Both the position numbers and the translations under genes were made by a program. A model generated the notes under the pieces. That model searched no databases, was not told the DNA's origin, and was given only the letters and a program-made list of their open reading frames with translations. A DNA stretch of 58,911 nucleotides, the filler included, from Jimgerdemannia flammicorona (taxonomy: Eukaryota): the NCBI GenBank assembly GCA_003990765.1. It is 3 parts of 3 records of this genome, joined end to end, with 100 filler letters (N's around TTAATTAATTAA, not from the genome) between each part and the next. Parts side by side here need not be neighbours in the genome. Positions count along the whole stretch, not along the records: positions 39,346 to 58,911 come from RBNJ01001908.1; 2 more parts are not named here. One strand, written 5' to 3'. The first letter of the stretch is position 1. The number at the start of each line of letters is the position of its first letter. This document shows positions 43,949 through 55,900 of the stretch, piece by piece.

Positions 43949-46900
43949 CTATAATAATAGTAATACAATATCACTCCATCCCCTCAACCAATACCCCTCA
44001 GATCCACTCCTCCACTTTCTACTCTCTTCTGTCAGAGGATAACCCAGTCTCCCACCACCTGAATCCTCCTGCCACTTTTCTGGGAGATATACTGTATCAA
44101 ACCTCTGCGACTCCCTCCACCTGGCCCCCACCCTCACCACCAGCTGTTCAAAATATCCAGTAGTAACCATTCCCAACATGCCACCCTATCCCCAACTCTA
44201 ACTCACTGGCCCTCCTCAAATACATATACCCAATACCTGGCCATCCTGACCCATATGTCCAGAGCCCAACCAAGAGTCAGCCATTCATCCTCTACCCCTC
44301 CTACCAGCCTTCGGCAGAGCTCTCCCCACCTCCTCCCTTTCCCTCCCTCCAGGGCTCACAGCTCTAACCAGTCTGCGATATAATACCAAAGCACCTCCAA
44401 AACATCACACTCACTAAGCCAATGTTCAGGTATTTGTATCACTCCCCCTTCCTGTCCAACATCTAAGCATTCCTCACACTCAAATGTACTACCAGCCACC
44501 AAGTGCCCAGACTGGTAGTTCAGTATCACATTCTGCCATAGAACTCACCACCATATCACCCAGAACTTGGGAGGTAGCCACTGTATCACCCACTTGCTCC
44601 AAAGCCAGAGACCATTCCAATCCCACTTCTTGCCAATCCCAAACCTCTGCCAGGCTTCAGACCAAAGGTCCCCACCTAGGCCCCATAAATACTTCATTTC
44701 ATCGCTCAGCTGGAAGTCCTTCACCAAGACACTACCCAGCAGTAGCCTGTCCCATCTCTACATCTGCAGTCTCCAATCCTCCTCTCCCTCTACGCCCTGC
44801 CACCAAAGACCAATTTTCTTAGTACTATCTATCACCCCCTACCAAAAGCCCTTATACCATATCCTCCTGCTCCCATCCATGGCCACCATTACAATCAGAT
44901 CACCAGAAGTGCCATGGGGGGAATACTGGGTCTCCCATATCCTCTGCATGAGTGGCACCCACTCCTGACCCCTCAGCTCACTCACCCTCTATAGCCACCA
45001 GGCTCTCAAGCAGTGAAGACATTTAGTAAAGTCCACTAAACCCAGTCCACCTCTTTCCACTAGTAGGGTAAGAACTTCCCATCCTATCTGACTTTGCTGC
45101 CCTACCCAAATCCATGATCTTGCCATCTTCAATAGTCTCCTGACCACCCAAGCTGGGAAGTCCAGATGATACCCCACATACCACAGCTTTAGCAGCCAAT
45201 ATACATTCAGCACCATCACCCTTCCTGCCAAGGACATATATCAACCACTCTATCGCAAAAGCACATTTCCCCACTCCAGGAGTCATTGATCTCACCAAGT
45301 ATGGGGCAGAAGGGACCCAAACACTGAAAAGTAGATCCCCAGGTAATGAACTGGCTCTCCTGCCAGCACCACCATCCTAATCATGTCGCTACCAATGATA
45401 CCACCACCTAGCACCAGAGTCTCACATTTGTACCAATTGAGTTTAGCACCAGAGTGAGCCTCTCTCATACCATTTAACAGATCTTCTTAATTCCTCCATA
45501 TCTGCCACTGAGCCCAGTCTAATCACCATATTATCCACAAAGGCCCCCACCTTCCAATTTATCCCTAGAATATCCAACCTCCCATTTCGACACCAGATCC
45601 TGTCCAGTAGGGGCTCCAGAGAGAGGGCATATAAGATGGGTGACAAAGGATCTCCTTGTGGCACCCCACGACTAAGGGGAAAGATTACACCCCTGTGGCC
45701 ATTGATGACCAATGCAGCCTGACTGTTTTCCAAAAGGCTGATCAATGATCTTTGGAACCCTGGGGGAACACCAACCTGTTTCAACACCCCCTCTAACCAG
45801 ATCCTCCTCACTCTATCATACACCTTCTCCTGATCCAAAAAAACCAATTTGCCATCCACTCCTACAGTCTGGGCCCCTTCAATCATACCATGTACCCAAG
45901 CTGTCCCATCTCAGATCAACTGGCCACTGACAAATCCTTGTTGCTCCACACCAAGTACTTGCTGAGCGATCTCCTACAGCCTGATCACCAATATCTTAGT
46001 CACCAGTTTGCAGTCCATGTCAAGTAGTATGATCAGCCACCAGTTCTTCCAATCTTCCCATCTCTCCTTATATTTGTAGAGCAAAGAGACCAGCCCTAGG
46101 CACTGGCCCCGAATCCAAGTGCCAGACCAAAGAACCTCACCACACATTTCCATGATTTTCTCCAATACCTCTGCCACTCTAGCCATTTTCTTCCAAAAAT
46201 CCCAGAGAAGCCCATCCTCACCCAGAGCCATCTCTTTACTTGTCTCAGCCAAGACCTTGCAAACTTCCTCTCCTCTCACTGGATCCCCCAGAGTCCCCAG
46301 GCCCACTGCAGGGTCCAGATGCCAATCCTCCAGCTGCCTCTCAATGTTCAAAGCATCCTCTCCCCCTTCCTCCTCACTCCATAAATCCTCTCACTGAGTC
46401 CTCAGCAATCCCAGAATCGCTGGAGTCTCCACCACCATCTCCCCATCCACATCCAGGACCCCATCTCACCATTGCTTAGTTCTCCATGCTTGTAACATCT
46501 GCAATAAAAACCTAATAGATCTCTCTCCCTTCTCAAGCCCCTGCCACCTCAGCTGTGCTACCATCTCCTTCAGCCTAACCTCTTCCTCCCTTCGTAACAC
46601 TTCCTTAAGCTCCTCTACTTCCTTCTAGATCCTCACAATATGCTAGTTGGCTGCCTCCCAGTCTTCTAGCACCCCTGCCCATCTCCCCATAAGTGCTGCC
46701 AATTGCTGTGAGGCCCATAGCACCCACTGCCATCGCTGAGCACACTTTCCTTTCCCTGCTTCCCTCCAGTACCCCTGAGCACTTGCTTTCAGCCTCCTCT
46801 AGTAGTCCCCAATCACCAGGCCCTGTTTCTGCCACCTCCCAATTTTCCCAATAACCTCCTTCTCCCAGTCTGCCCATAAAACCCTATCCTCTAATAAAGA

Positions 46901-47649
46901 AGAATTAAGTCACCAATGTCCAGGCCCATCCCCACTTCCCCCAAATCTCCCTCCTCCTAACAGACCTCAGTGATCTGACCATGGACACCAAACCACCTCC
47001 AGCATAGTCCAGACATCCACTCTCCAGCATTCTGCTATCAATATCCAGTCAATCCTAGAGCCCAGCCCTGATACCCAGTGAGTATAAATTTGACAACCAC
47101 CCCAAAACTGTCTCCCTGAATCAACTAAAGAACTCAACCTCTACCTCCAACCAACCATCCAGCCTACCACTCCTGCTCCTCATTCCTCTCCCACCATCTG
47201 TCCTATCCATCACTATATCCCACGCTATATTGAAGTCACCCCCCAGGTAGTCAAACCCAACCTCTCCCAAGACACTGGCCTCTTTCAAACTTTGAATCCA
47301 ATCCACCCATTTCTCTCTCTCTGCTGGGCAGTAACATGACCCAACTGTCAATGGACACCATTTAGACCTCTTCCAAACTCTCTACACCAACTGAGTCCCC
47401 CAATGTCCAATGTCCCCAATATCCCCCATCCCCTTTCAAACTAGGATACCCACCCTCTCTGTCCACACCGCAGCCCCCCCCCCATTCCTTAGTCCAATTA
47501 TATAAGTCCACATCTACCTCATAATGTACATTCTACAGTAAAAAGGGGTCCACATCTAGTCTCTTTAGCCATCCAAATATATACTTCCTCCTAGCAGCCC
47601 CCTATAGTCCATTCATATTCAAAGAGAACATTCTAGTTGTACTGTTCAT
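43949..47649 (-). pseudogene. LINE Y1 ORF2 (APE endonuclease, RT, C-terminal region)
   Basis: MNSTTRMFSLNMNGL, GGDFN, SDH, LDQEKVYDRV, RGVPQGDPLSP, AFVDN (for ADD), YLGI, GGLGL. Confidence 0.9.
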
Positions 47650-49592
47650 ATTGAATAATGTTTGGATTTGAGACCCCAGTCTAGTATTCCATGCTCATCT
47701 CATCCCCAGCCAGATCCAAGTATCACTCTGCTTCCAAGTCACCCTCTGTGACAGCCTGAGCATCCAATGCCTCTAAGATTTCTTGACATTCCACCCCATC
47801 CACCACCTCCATCTCTGACCAATAGTCTGTACAGACCACTCTCCACTTCTCCAATCCCTTCCTCAAGCCCCACAAGTAAGCTGCCTGGTCATTCACAATC
47901 CCTCTAAGTTCCTCCTCTCTCTGATCATCAACTTGGTATTCAACTGATTCCAAGAGGACTGCCAGGATCTCATTCCTCACCTTCCTCAGCACCTCCTCAC
48001 TACAAAGGATTTCCTCCCAATACCTCTCTTCCATAACCCAGAAGTCCTCTCCCCCCAGCTCCTCCACTGTCACCTCTTCCAGAGTCTTCCATAGCCACTT
48101 CTCCTTATCCACCACCTCCACTATACCCTGGGTGACCCAATCACCCCCCACCTCTGGGTCCACCAAAGTGCTCCTCCTCACTGACTTATCCCACTCCTCA
48201 TCCAGTATATCCAGTAACTCCTCCTCACCCGCTGCCCCACTCAGGACACTATACTGAGGGTGAACCCCTTCACTCATTTCTGCATCCACCTCCACACTGC
48301 TCTCCCTCTCCTCCCTTGGTACATCCTGGGCCCCACCTTGAGCTGTCCTACATTCCCTCACTCAGGCACTCTTACTCAAACCCACTCTCCCATCCTCTGT
48401 ACTGCTATCAGCCCCACCGCCACCCAACTTCACCAGCAGTTCCTTCTGGATTCTCCTCCCCTACATCTTCTCTCAGGTCTCCCAATCCATCCTGATCCTC
48501 TTCTCATCGACTACTTCTACTACTAACTTGGCTTTATACTCCTTCCAAGCCAATCTCCTCCTCTCAACCACATCTGCCAGATCTTCCAGAGCCTCAAGCA
48601 AATCTTCCTTCTCTTCCTGAGTCCCCTTCACCCACATGACCTTGTACTCTACCTGTCCCCACTTCAGAGTCACTGGCCAATCCCTTGTCTTCCCTGTGTT
48701 CTCCTTTCCAGCCCGTCTCACCTGAACATCAACATCACTAGTCCAGAGCTCCGTACCCTCCCAGACCTTAAACCCAATATCCACAATCTCACCATACTCC
48801 TTGACTGCCCCCACAATCAACTCTCTGGTCCTCTCCCTTGATACTATAGGAAGATCCAATACTGTCAACTACACCACTTGGGGGTCCCAGCATATGCACC
48901 TGGCCATAGGGACCACAACCCTGCCTACTGTTACTCTCTTCTCCATAGCAGCCAGCAATGCTTCCTCTTCCTCAAACCCCACCTTGATCCCTTCTTTCCC
49001 CTTCAAAAACTTTACCGATACTGCTCCTTTTGCCTCCTGTGCCACCAGCCCCAAGATCATCCTTGCAGTCACTGCCAAGCCCCTGAAGCACATTGTGATG
49101 GTGAATTCTGACCTTGATTTCTTAAGTAACAGTGCTGACACCATGCCCATCACCCCATCTGCTAGGTCCCCGGGCCTTGTGCCCACCCCCTGTCTTGAAC
49201 TATCAACTGCTGTCATATCTGAATTTTTTCCAGATCCCCAGTTACAGCACCATCAACAGTCACATCTCCAGCCCCTACTCCCCCCCCTCCTCTACCACCA
49301 GACACTCCCCTAGGCACTCCTTTCTTTCCCCCAGCAGCAGCTATCAACACCTTCCCCAGGCCCAGCCAACTATCCAGACCAGAGGCCATTCTCCCCATCT
49401 TGACCTTATCAGCAAAGGTCAACCTCTCCCCTCCTCACTACCTCAGGCCACCCCTCCCTCCACCACCAGTGCCTTGGCCAGCCATAGAGGCCCCCAGCAT
49501 CCCCAAACCATCTCCCCTCCTCCCCACCTATTGCCAGCCAAAGGTACCACTGCCCCCCTAGTGAGCACACTTACCAGTGCAATTGTTGCCAT
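47633..49592 (-). pseudogene. LINE Y1 ORF1
   Basis: TFADKVK motif; LTVLDLP…YGEIVDI…WTSDVDV (RRM-like ORF1 region); acidic C-terminus. Confidence 0.75.
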
Positions 49593-50326
49593 CTATGTCA
49601 ATAGTTGTCTATTACCAAAAATATTGTAAAAAGTATTGTCTGAGTCTTGTGTCACCTGAATGGTGGCCAGTAGAACTCTGCTTTCTCAGCCCTTCTTCTA
49701 ATGATCTCTCACTGGTCCTCACAAATTGCCCTCCAGATACAATTACTATTTGTACTGCTGCAGAAGAGGTCCACTCTTTCTGCTGCCACCTTCCTAAAGT
49801 CCACTATCCTGCTCTCATCAATATCATATCCTTCATTATCTAGAAGAGTTGCTACCATTGCCATCACCAGCTTAGGCCCATGCATTGCATTATTGAGAAA
49901 TCCTTCCCATGCCTCCTGACATCTATGAAATACATCCACTTCCTTGATATTCTTCTCTACAAGTTTCTCAAGTACTGTCTAATACCAGTTCTCTGCCATT
50001 ATTGCCAGGGGCCCAGGAGTCAATGGCCTAGGGGTCCTGCTCAACTCTTGCAACTACTCTCTGTCTGCTGAGACATCTGAGGCTACATCCACCAGCTCAT
50101 CCTCTTCTACAACCTTCTCCAAATGTATTATCTCACTGGCCTCAGGGCACTTCTAATGAATATTGGCTGCTCCAGCCATATGGGTGTCCTCTATCAGAGT
50201 CTCTGACACTACTTCAATGTCATCCTCAAAGTTCCCTTCTCCCACCTCCTCCTTATCTACCAACTTTCCTCTCACTGGTGCATGCACTGAGCTCTCCATA
50301 CCACCCAGCTTGGAGAAGGACACCTC

Positions 50327-50743
50327 CGGGGGCAATGGGAGAATTTAAGAGACAGACTGGTGGGGGGGGTGGGGAAGGAATGGCTGATGTTAGGTTGGGC
50401 TTTGGCCATTTGGGTAGGGCTGGCCAGTCACTAGTTATTTGTTTTTGAGGATGGGAGGAAACTTGGCTCCGAGGTCAGGCTGCTGAGGTAGTGGAGCCTT
50501 ATGGAAGACACCTTGACGGGCTGGTGGCTTGGTTGGGGGTTGATGGGAGGTCGCAGGTGTCATTTGGTAGAATAAATCTGTAGGCTGAGTGGGGGGAGGG
50601 TTGGTGTTGTGGGTGAGAAAGTGGTCTTTGTTCATATGGGTAGGGGGAGAGGCACCCCTATGGGGATTGGGTAGTGGGAGGGTGAACTGTAAATTTATTA
50701 ATAGATGGGTAATAAATGGTAGAGTCCAAGTGACTATAAAAAA
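50327..50743 (+). mobile_element. 5'-truncated LINE (third family, 417 bp) inserted in opposite orientation
   Basis: Ends AATAAA…AGTCCAAGTGACTAT-A6; TSD G(A/G)GAAGGACACCTC at 50313-50326 and 50744-50757. Confidence 0.85.
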
Positions 50744-52112
50744 GGGAAGGACACCTCTAATGCTTCTACTCCTTCTATCTGATTCTTGGACACCTCTACT
50801 CTCACCTCCTCTTCCATCACTACCCCCTGAAGAGCTATCTGCAGGTGCTCCCAATTCCCTTTCCTCTACTTCTTCTGCTTGCCATCTGCTTGAATCCAGA
50901 CCCAATTCTTGGCAAACTCATCCCACTTCCTCTTTTGCAACTCCTTAGCAGTCTCTCTTTCCTCTAGAGCAATTGCCAGCTCTTCTTCCTCCTGTTCTAC
51001 TCCTTTCCTCCTCCACACCTTGTACTCTTGTTCTCTAATATAAATCCCTTCAGGTCAATCTCATCCCAGTCCAGTTGCCTCCTTGCCTTCCAGTCACAGC
51101 ATCACCTCATAGTTGCCATTCCTCAATTTGGTGCTCTCCCAAAACATGAACCTGAAATGCCATAGCCACCTAGTGCCTCCACCACTATCTCCTTGGTCTC
51201 CTGTCTGCCCAGAGTTGGCAGACCTTCAACCACCAGCTGAACAGATGTGGGTCCCACCTCAAACACCTCGCCATCTCAATTCAGATACCCTTGACAGCCA
51301 GCCCTTTCTCCAGTGCCTTCATCATTGTATCCTTCTCCACAAATCCAATCTCAACTGCCTCTGCTGATGAGATGAACTTCAAGAACTCCACCCCAGTTAC
51401 TTCCTCTTCCACCAATCTCAGAACCTCTCTTGCTGACATTGCCAATCCCAGGAAGTTTGTCAAAACTGCTCATATTGACACCAACTTGTGAAAGAAGGGC
51501 CTCACCACTAGCTCACCTATCCCAGCTACCAGAGTCACCTTCACTTTAGTCTCAGAAATGCCAGCAGTTACCTCACCAGCCACCACTGTGCCACCAGCAG
51601 TCCTCTCCCCAGCCACTAGCCCAGTCCCAAAAGAACTAGTCTCCAGCATCACACCACCAGACCCCTGCCCCCTGCCAGGCACCTGACCAGCCACCTGACT
51701 CATCACCTGACCCCTCCCTCTGTCAACACTACACCCCCCCTGCTCCACCCCCAAGGGCCTGGCCATGGCCTTTCTGCTCCCCACCACAGTACACCAGGCT
51801 TTGATTCCACCAGACCTCCTCTGACCACCAGCCCTCTCCAGCAGCCATGTCAGCCTCTGCAACAGCCACAAAGCTCTTGGGGAGGCCCAGACCAGGCCTC
51901 CTCCTCTCCAGATACTTAGAGCTAGAGGAACCTTAACTAGCCATATTACCAAAACTTAATGGTTTGTGCTGAAACTTTTTGTACCTTATAGATAGACTCC
52001 TGATGCATGATGTACATCAGTTTGATCGAAATAAAAACTTGAAAACATGTTGTCTTTCACTGAAAGATGTCTGTGTGACTTAGTTTGCTCTAAGTGGTTT
52101 GAGCAAAAGAAG

Positions 52113-52918
52113 TTCTCTACCACTCCTTCAGCAGGACTATCTCATATACTGAGAACCAAATACCCAGATACCAAACAGTACTTCCAGTGACCACCAATTG
52201 TCCAAATTGTCTATAAACTCCCAGACTGGCACCAAGTTCCATTGTCTTGTACTTGCCTCAGTTCAGCTTAGCCCCTACTAGCCCCTCATACTGTCTAACC
52301 CCTTCTTGCAAGAGGTTCACATCCTCCATACTATCTAACCCTACCAAAATGGCATCCATGCAAGTACCTAGCTTCTAGACCACATTACCCATCAGCAGTC
52401 CAGAAAGCCACTCCTTCATCTATACCAGCAATGGCTCCAGAGAGAGTATATAAAGGAGGAGAGAGAGAGGGTCTCCCTGTGGTACACCCATCCATTCATC
52501 ATAACTGCTGCTCAGCATCTCTATACTAAGCCCATCAATCACCCTGCTTCTGCTATACCAAATCCTACTCTCCTCAGAACAGCCTCTAAATAACTCCACT
52601 ATACTCTATCATAGGCCTTCTCTTGATCCAGGAAGACCATCCAGCCATCCACCTGTTGGCTCCTACAGCCTTCCAAGACATTCTGCACCCAAGCAGTATT
52701 ATCTCTGATCTGTCTCCCCTTGACAAAGTCTCACTGTTCTTCACCCACCAGCATGCCAATATACTGCTGCATTCTCCCTACCAGAATCTTTGAGACCAGC
52801 TTTCTATCCACATTTAGTAGCATTAAGGGTTGCCAATTCTGCTATACTCACCAATCACATTTTTCCTTATATAGTAGAGAAACTAATCCCAAGGAACCAT
52901 TGTCAATTCAGCTACCCT

Positions 52919-52958
<40 letters not shown>

Positions 52959-55900
52959 GTCACTTGGACTTCCCTTTATTACTGCCATCTATAATAATAA
53001 TAATACAATACCACCCCATCCCCTCAACCAATACTCCTCGGATCCATTTCTCCATCCTCCACCCCCCCTTGCCAGAGGATGATACAGTCACCTATCACCT
53101 AAATCCTCCCACCACTTTTCTGTGTGATACACTATACTAAACCCCTGCAACTCCCCCCACCGGGCCCCCACCTTTGCCACCAGCCATTCAAAATATCCAG
53201 TAGTAACCATTCCCACCATGCCACCCTATCTCCAATCCTAACCTGCTGACCCTCCTCAAATACATGTATCCAATGCCCAGCCATCCCAACTCATATAGCC
53301 AGAGCCCAACCGAGGGTCAGCCATCATCCTCTACCCCTCCAACCAACCTATGGTAGAGCTCACCCCACCTCCCCCCTTCCCCTCTCTCCAGGGCTTACAA
53401 CCCTAAACAGTCCACAATATGATACCAAAACACCCCCAAAATGTCACACTCATCAAGCCAGTGTTTAGGCATTTGTATCACTCCCCCTTCCTGTCCAACA
53501 TCAAAACAGTCTTTATACTCAAATGTGCTACCTGCTACCAAGTACCCAGACTGATAGTTCAACATCACATTCTGCCATAGAACTTACCACCATACTACTC
53601 AGAACTTGGGGGGTAGCTACTGTATCACCTGCTTGCTCCAAATCCAGAGACCATTTCAGTCCCACTCCTCACCAATTCCAACCCTCTGCCAGGCTTCAGG
53701 CCAAAGGTCCCCACCTAAGCCCCACAAACACTTCATTCTATCACCTAGCTGAAAGTCCTCCACCAGAACACTGCCCAGCAGTAGCCTGTCCCATCTCCAC
53801 ATCTGTAGTCCCCAATTCTCCTCTCTCTCCTCACTCTGCCACTGAAGACCAATTTGCTTAGCACCATCCACCACCCCCCACCAAAAGCCCTTATACCGCA
53901 TCCTCCTCCTCTCATCCATGGTCACTATCGCAAGCAGGTCACTAGAATCTCCACAGGGGGAATACCGGGCCTCCCACACCCTCTGCATGAGTGGCACCCA
54001 CTCCTGACCCCTCAGCTCACTCGCTCTCCTCAGCCACCAGACTCTCAAGCAGCATAGACATTTAGTAAAGTCCACTAAACCCAGCCTACCTCTTTCCACT
54101 GAGAGGGTAAGAACCTTCCAACCTATCTGACTATGCTGCCCTACCCAGATCCATGATCTTGCCATTTTCAACAGTCACCTGATCACCCAGGCTGGGAAGT
54201 TCAGATGATATCCCACATACCACAACTTTGGTATCCAATATACATTCAGCACCATCACCCTTTCTGCCAAGGACATATGCTGACCTCTCCAGTGCAAAAG
54301 CACCATACCCCACTCCAGGAGTCATTGATCCCACCAAGCATGGAGAAGAAGAGACCAAACACCAAAAAGTAGATCCCCAGATACTGAACTGGCTCTTCTG
54401 CTGGCACCACCATCCCGATTACATCACTACCAATGATCTCATCACCTAGCACCAGAGTCTCACATTTGTGCCAATTGAGCTTAGCACCAGAGCCCCTCTC
54501 ATACCACTTCACTGACCTCTAAAATTCCCCCATATCTGCCAATGAGCCCAGTCCAACCACCATGTCATCTGCAAAGGCCCCCATCTTCCAATTTATCCCT
54601 AGAATGTCTAACCCCCCAATTCAATGCTAGATCCTATCCAGTAGGGGCTCTAAAGAGAGGGCATACAAGATGGATGACAAAGGATCTCCTTGTGGCACCC
54701 CACGACCAAGAGGGAAGGTTACACCCCTGTGGCCATTGACAACCAGTGCAGCCTGACTGTTTTCCAAAAGGCTGATCAATGATCTTTGGAACCCCAGGGG
54801 AATGCCAACTCATTTGAGCACCTCCTCTAACCAGACCCTCCTCACTCTATCATATGCCTTCTCCTAATCCAGAAATACCAATCTGCCATCCACCCCTGCA
54901 GCCTGAGCCCCTTCAATCATACTATGTACCCAAGCCATCTCATCATAGATCAACCAGCCACTGACAAATCCTCATTGCTCCACCCCCAGAACTTGCTGAG
55001 CAATTCCCTGCAGCCTCATCACCAATATCTTAGTCACCAGTTTATGGTCCATGTTAAGTAGCATGATCAGCTGCCAGTTCTTCCAATCCTCCTATCTCCT
55101 CTTATCTTTGTAGAGCAAAGAGACCAGCCCTAGACACTAGCCCCCAATCTAAGTTCCATACTGAAGAACCTCACCACACATTTCTGACATTTCCTCCAAT
55201 ACCTCTGCCACTCCAGCAATCTTTTTCCAAAAATCCCAGAGAAGTCCATCCTCCCCCAGAGCCATCCCCTTACTTGTTATAGCCAATATCTTGCAAATTT
55301 CCTCTCCCCTCACTGGATCTCCCAGAGTCCCCAGGCCCATTGCAGGGTCCAGATGCCAATCCTCCAGCTGCCTCTCAATGTTCAAAGCATCCTCCCCTCC
55401 TTCCTCTTTGCTCCACAAATCCTCCCACTGGGTCCTCAGCAATCCCAGAATCACCAGAGTCCCCACCACCATCTCCCCATCCTCATCCAGGACTCTATCC
55501 CACTGCTGCTTAGTTCTCTACACTTGTAACATCCGCAACAAAAACCAAGTGGGTCTCTCTCCCTCCTCAAGCCCCTGCCACCTCAGCTATGCTACCATCT
55601 CCTTCAGCCTAACCTCTTCCTCTCTATGTAACACTTCCTTAAGCTCCTCCACTTCTTTCTGGATCCTTACAATATACCAGTTGGCCACCTCCCTGTCTTC
55701 TAGCACCCCTGCCCATCTCTCCATAAGTGCCACCAATTGCTGCAAGGCCCATAGCACCCTCTGCTGCTGTTGAGTACACCTGCCTCTCCCAGCCTCCCTC
55801 CAGTACCCCTGAGCACTTGCTTTCAGCCTCCTCTAGTGGACCCCAATCACCAGACCCTGGTTCTGCCACCTCCCAATTTTTCCAATAATCTCCTTCTTCC

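Larger units (their letters stand above)
43897..49677 (-). mobile_element. Full-length L1/Tx1-like LINE, family Y, copy 1
   Basis: Poly(A) at 43897-43915; TSD CT(A/G)CTTTCTCAGCCCTT at 43882-43898 and 49678-49694; ORF1 plus EN-RT ORF2. Confidence 0.93.
39346..52112 (-). mobile_element. Full-length L1/Tx1-like LINE, family X, interrupted by a solo LTR, LINE Y1 and a short LINE
   Basis: Poly(A) tail at 39346-39384; RT motifs GDPLSPLFY and AFMDD; APE endonuclease (MNSLHILLINVN…DIVFLQ from ~43840, GGDFN, QIDW, SDH); ORF1 resumes at 49678-~51950. 5' boundary approximate. Confidence 0.82.
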
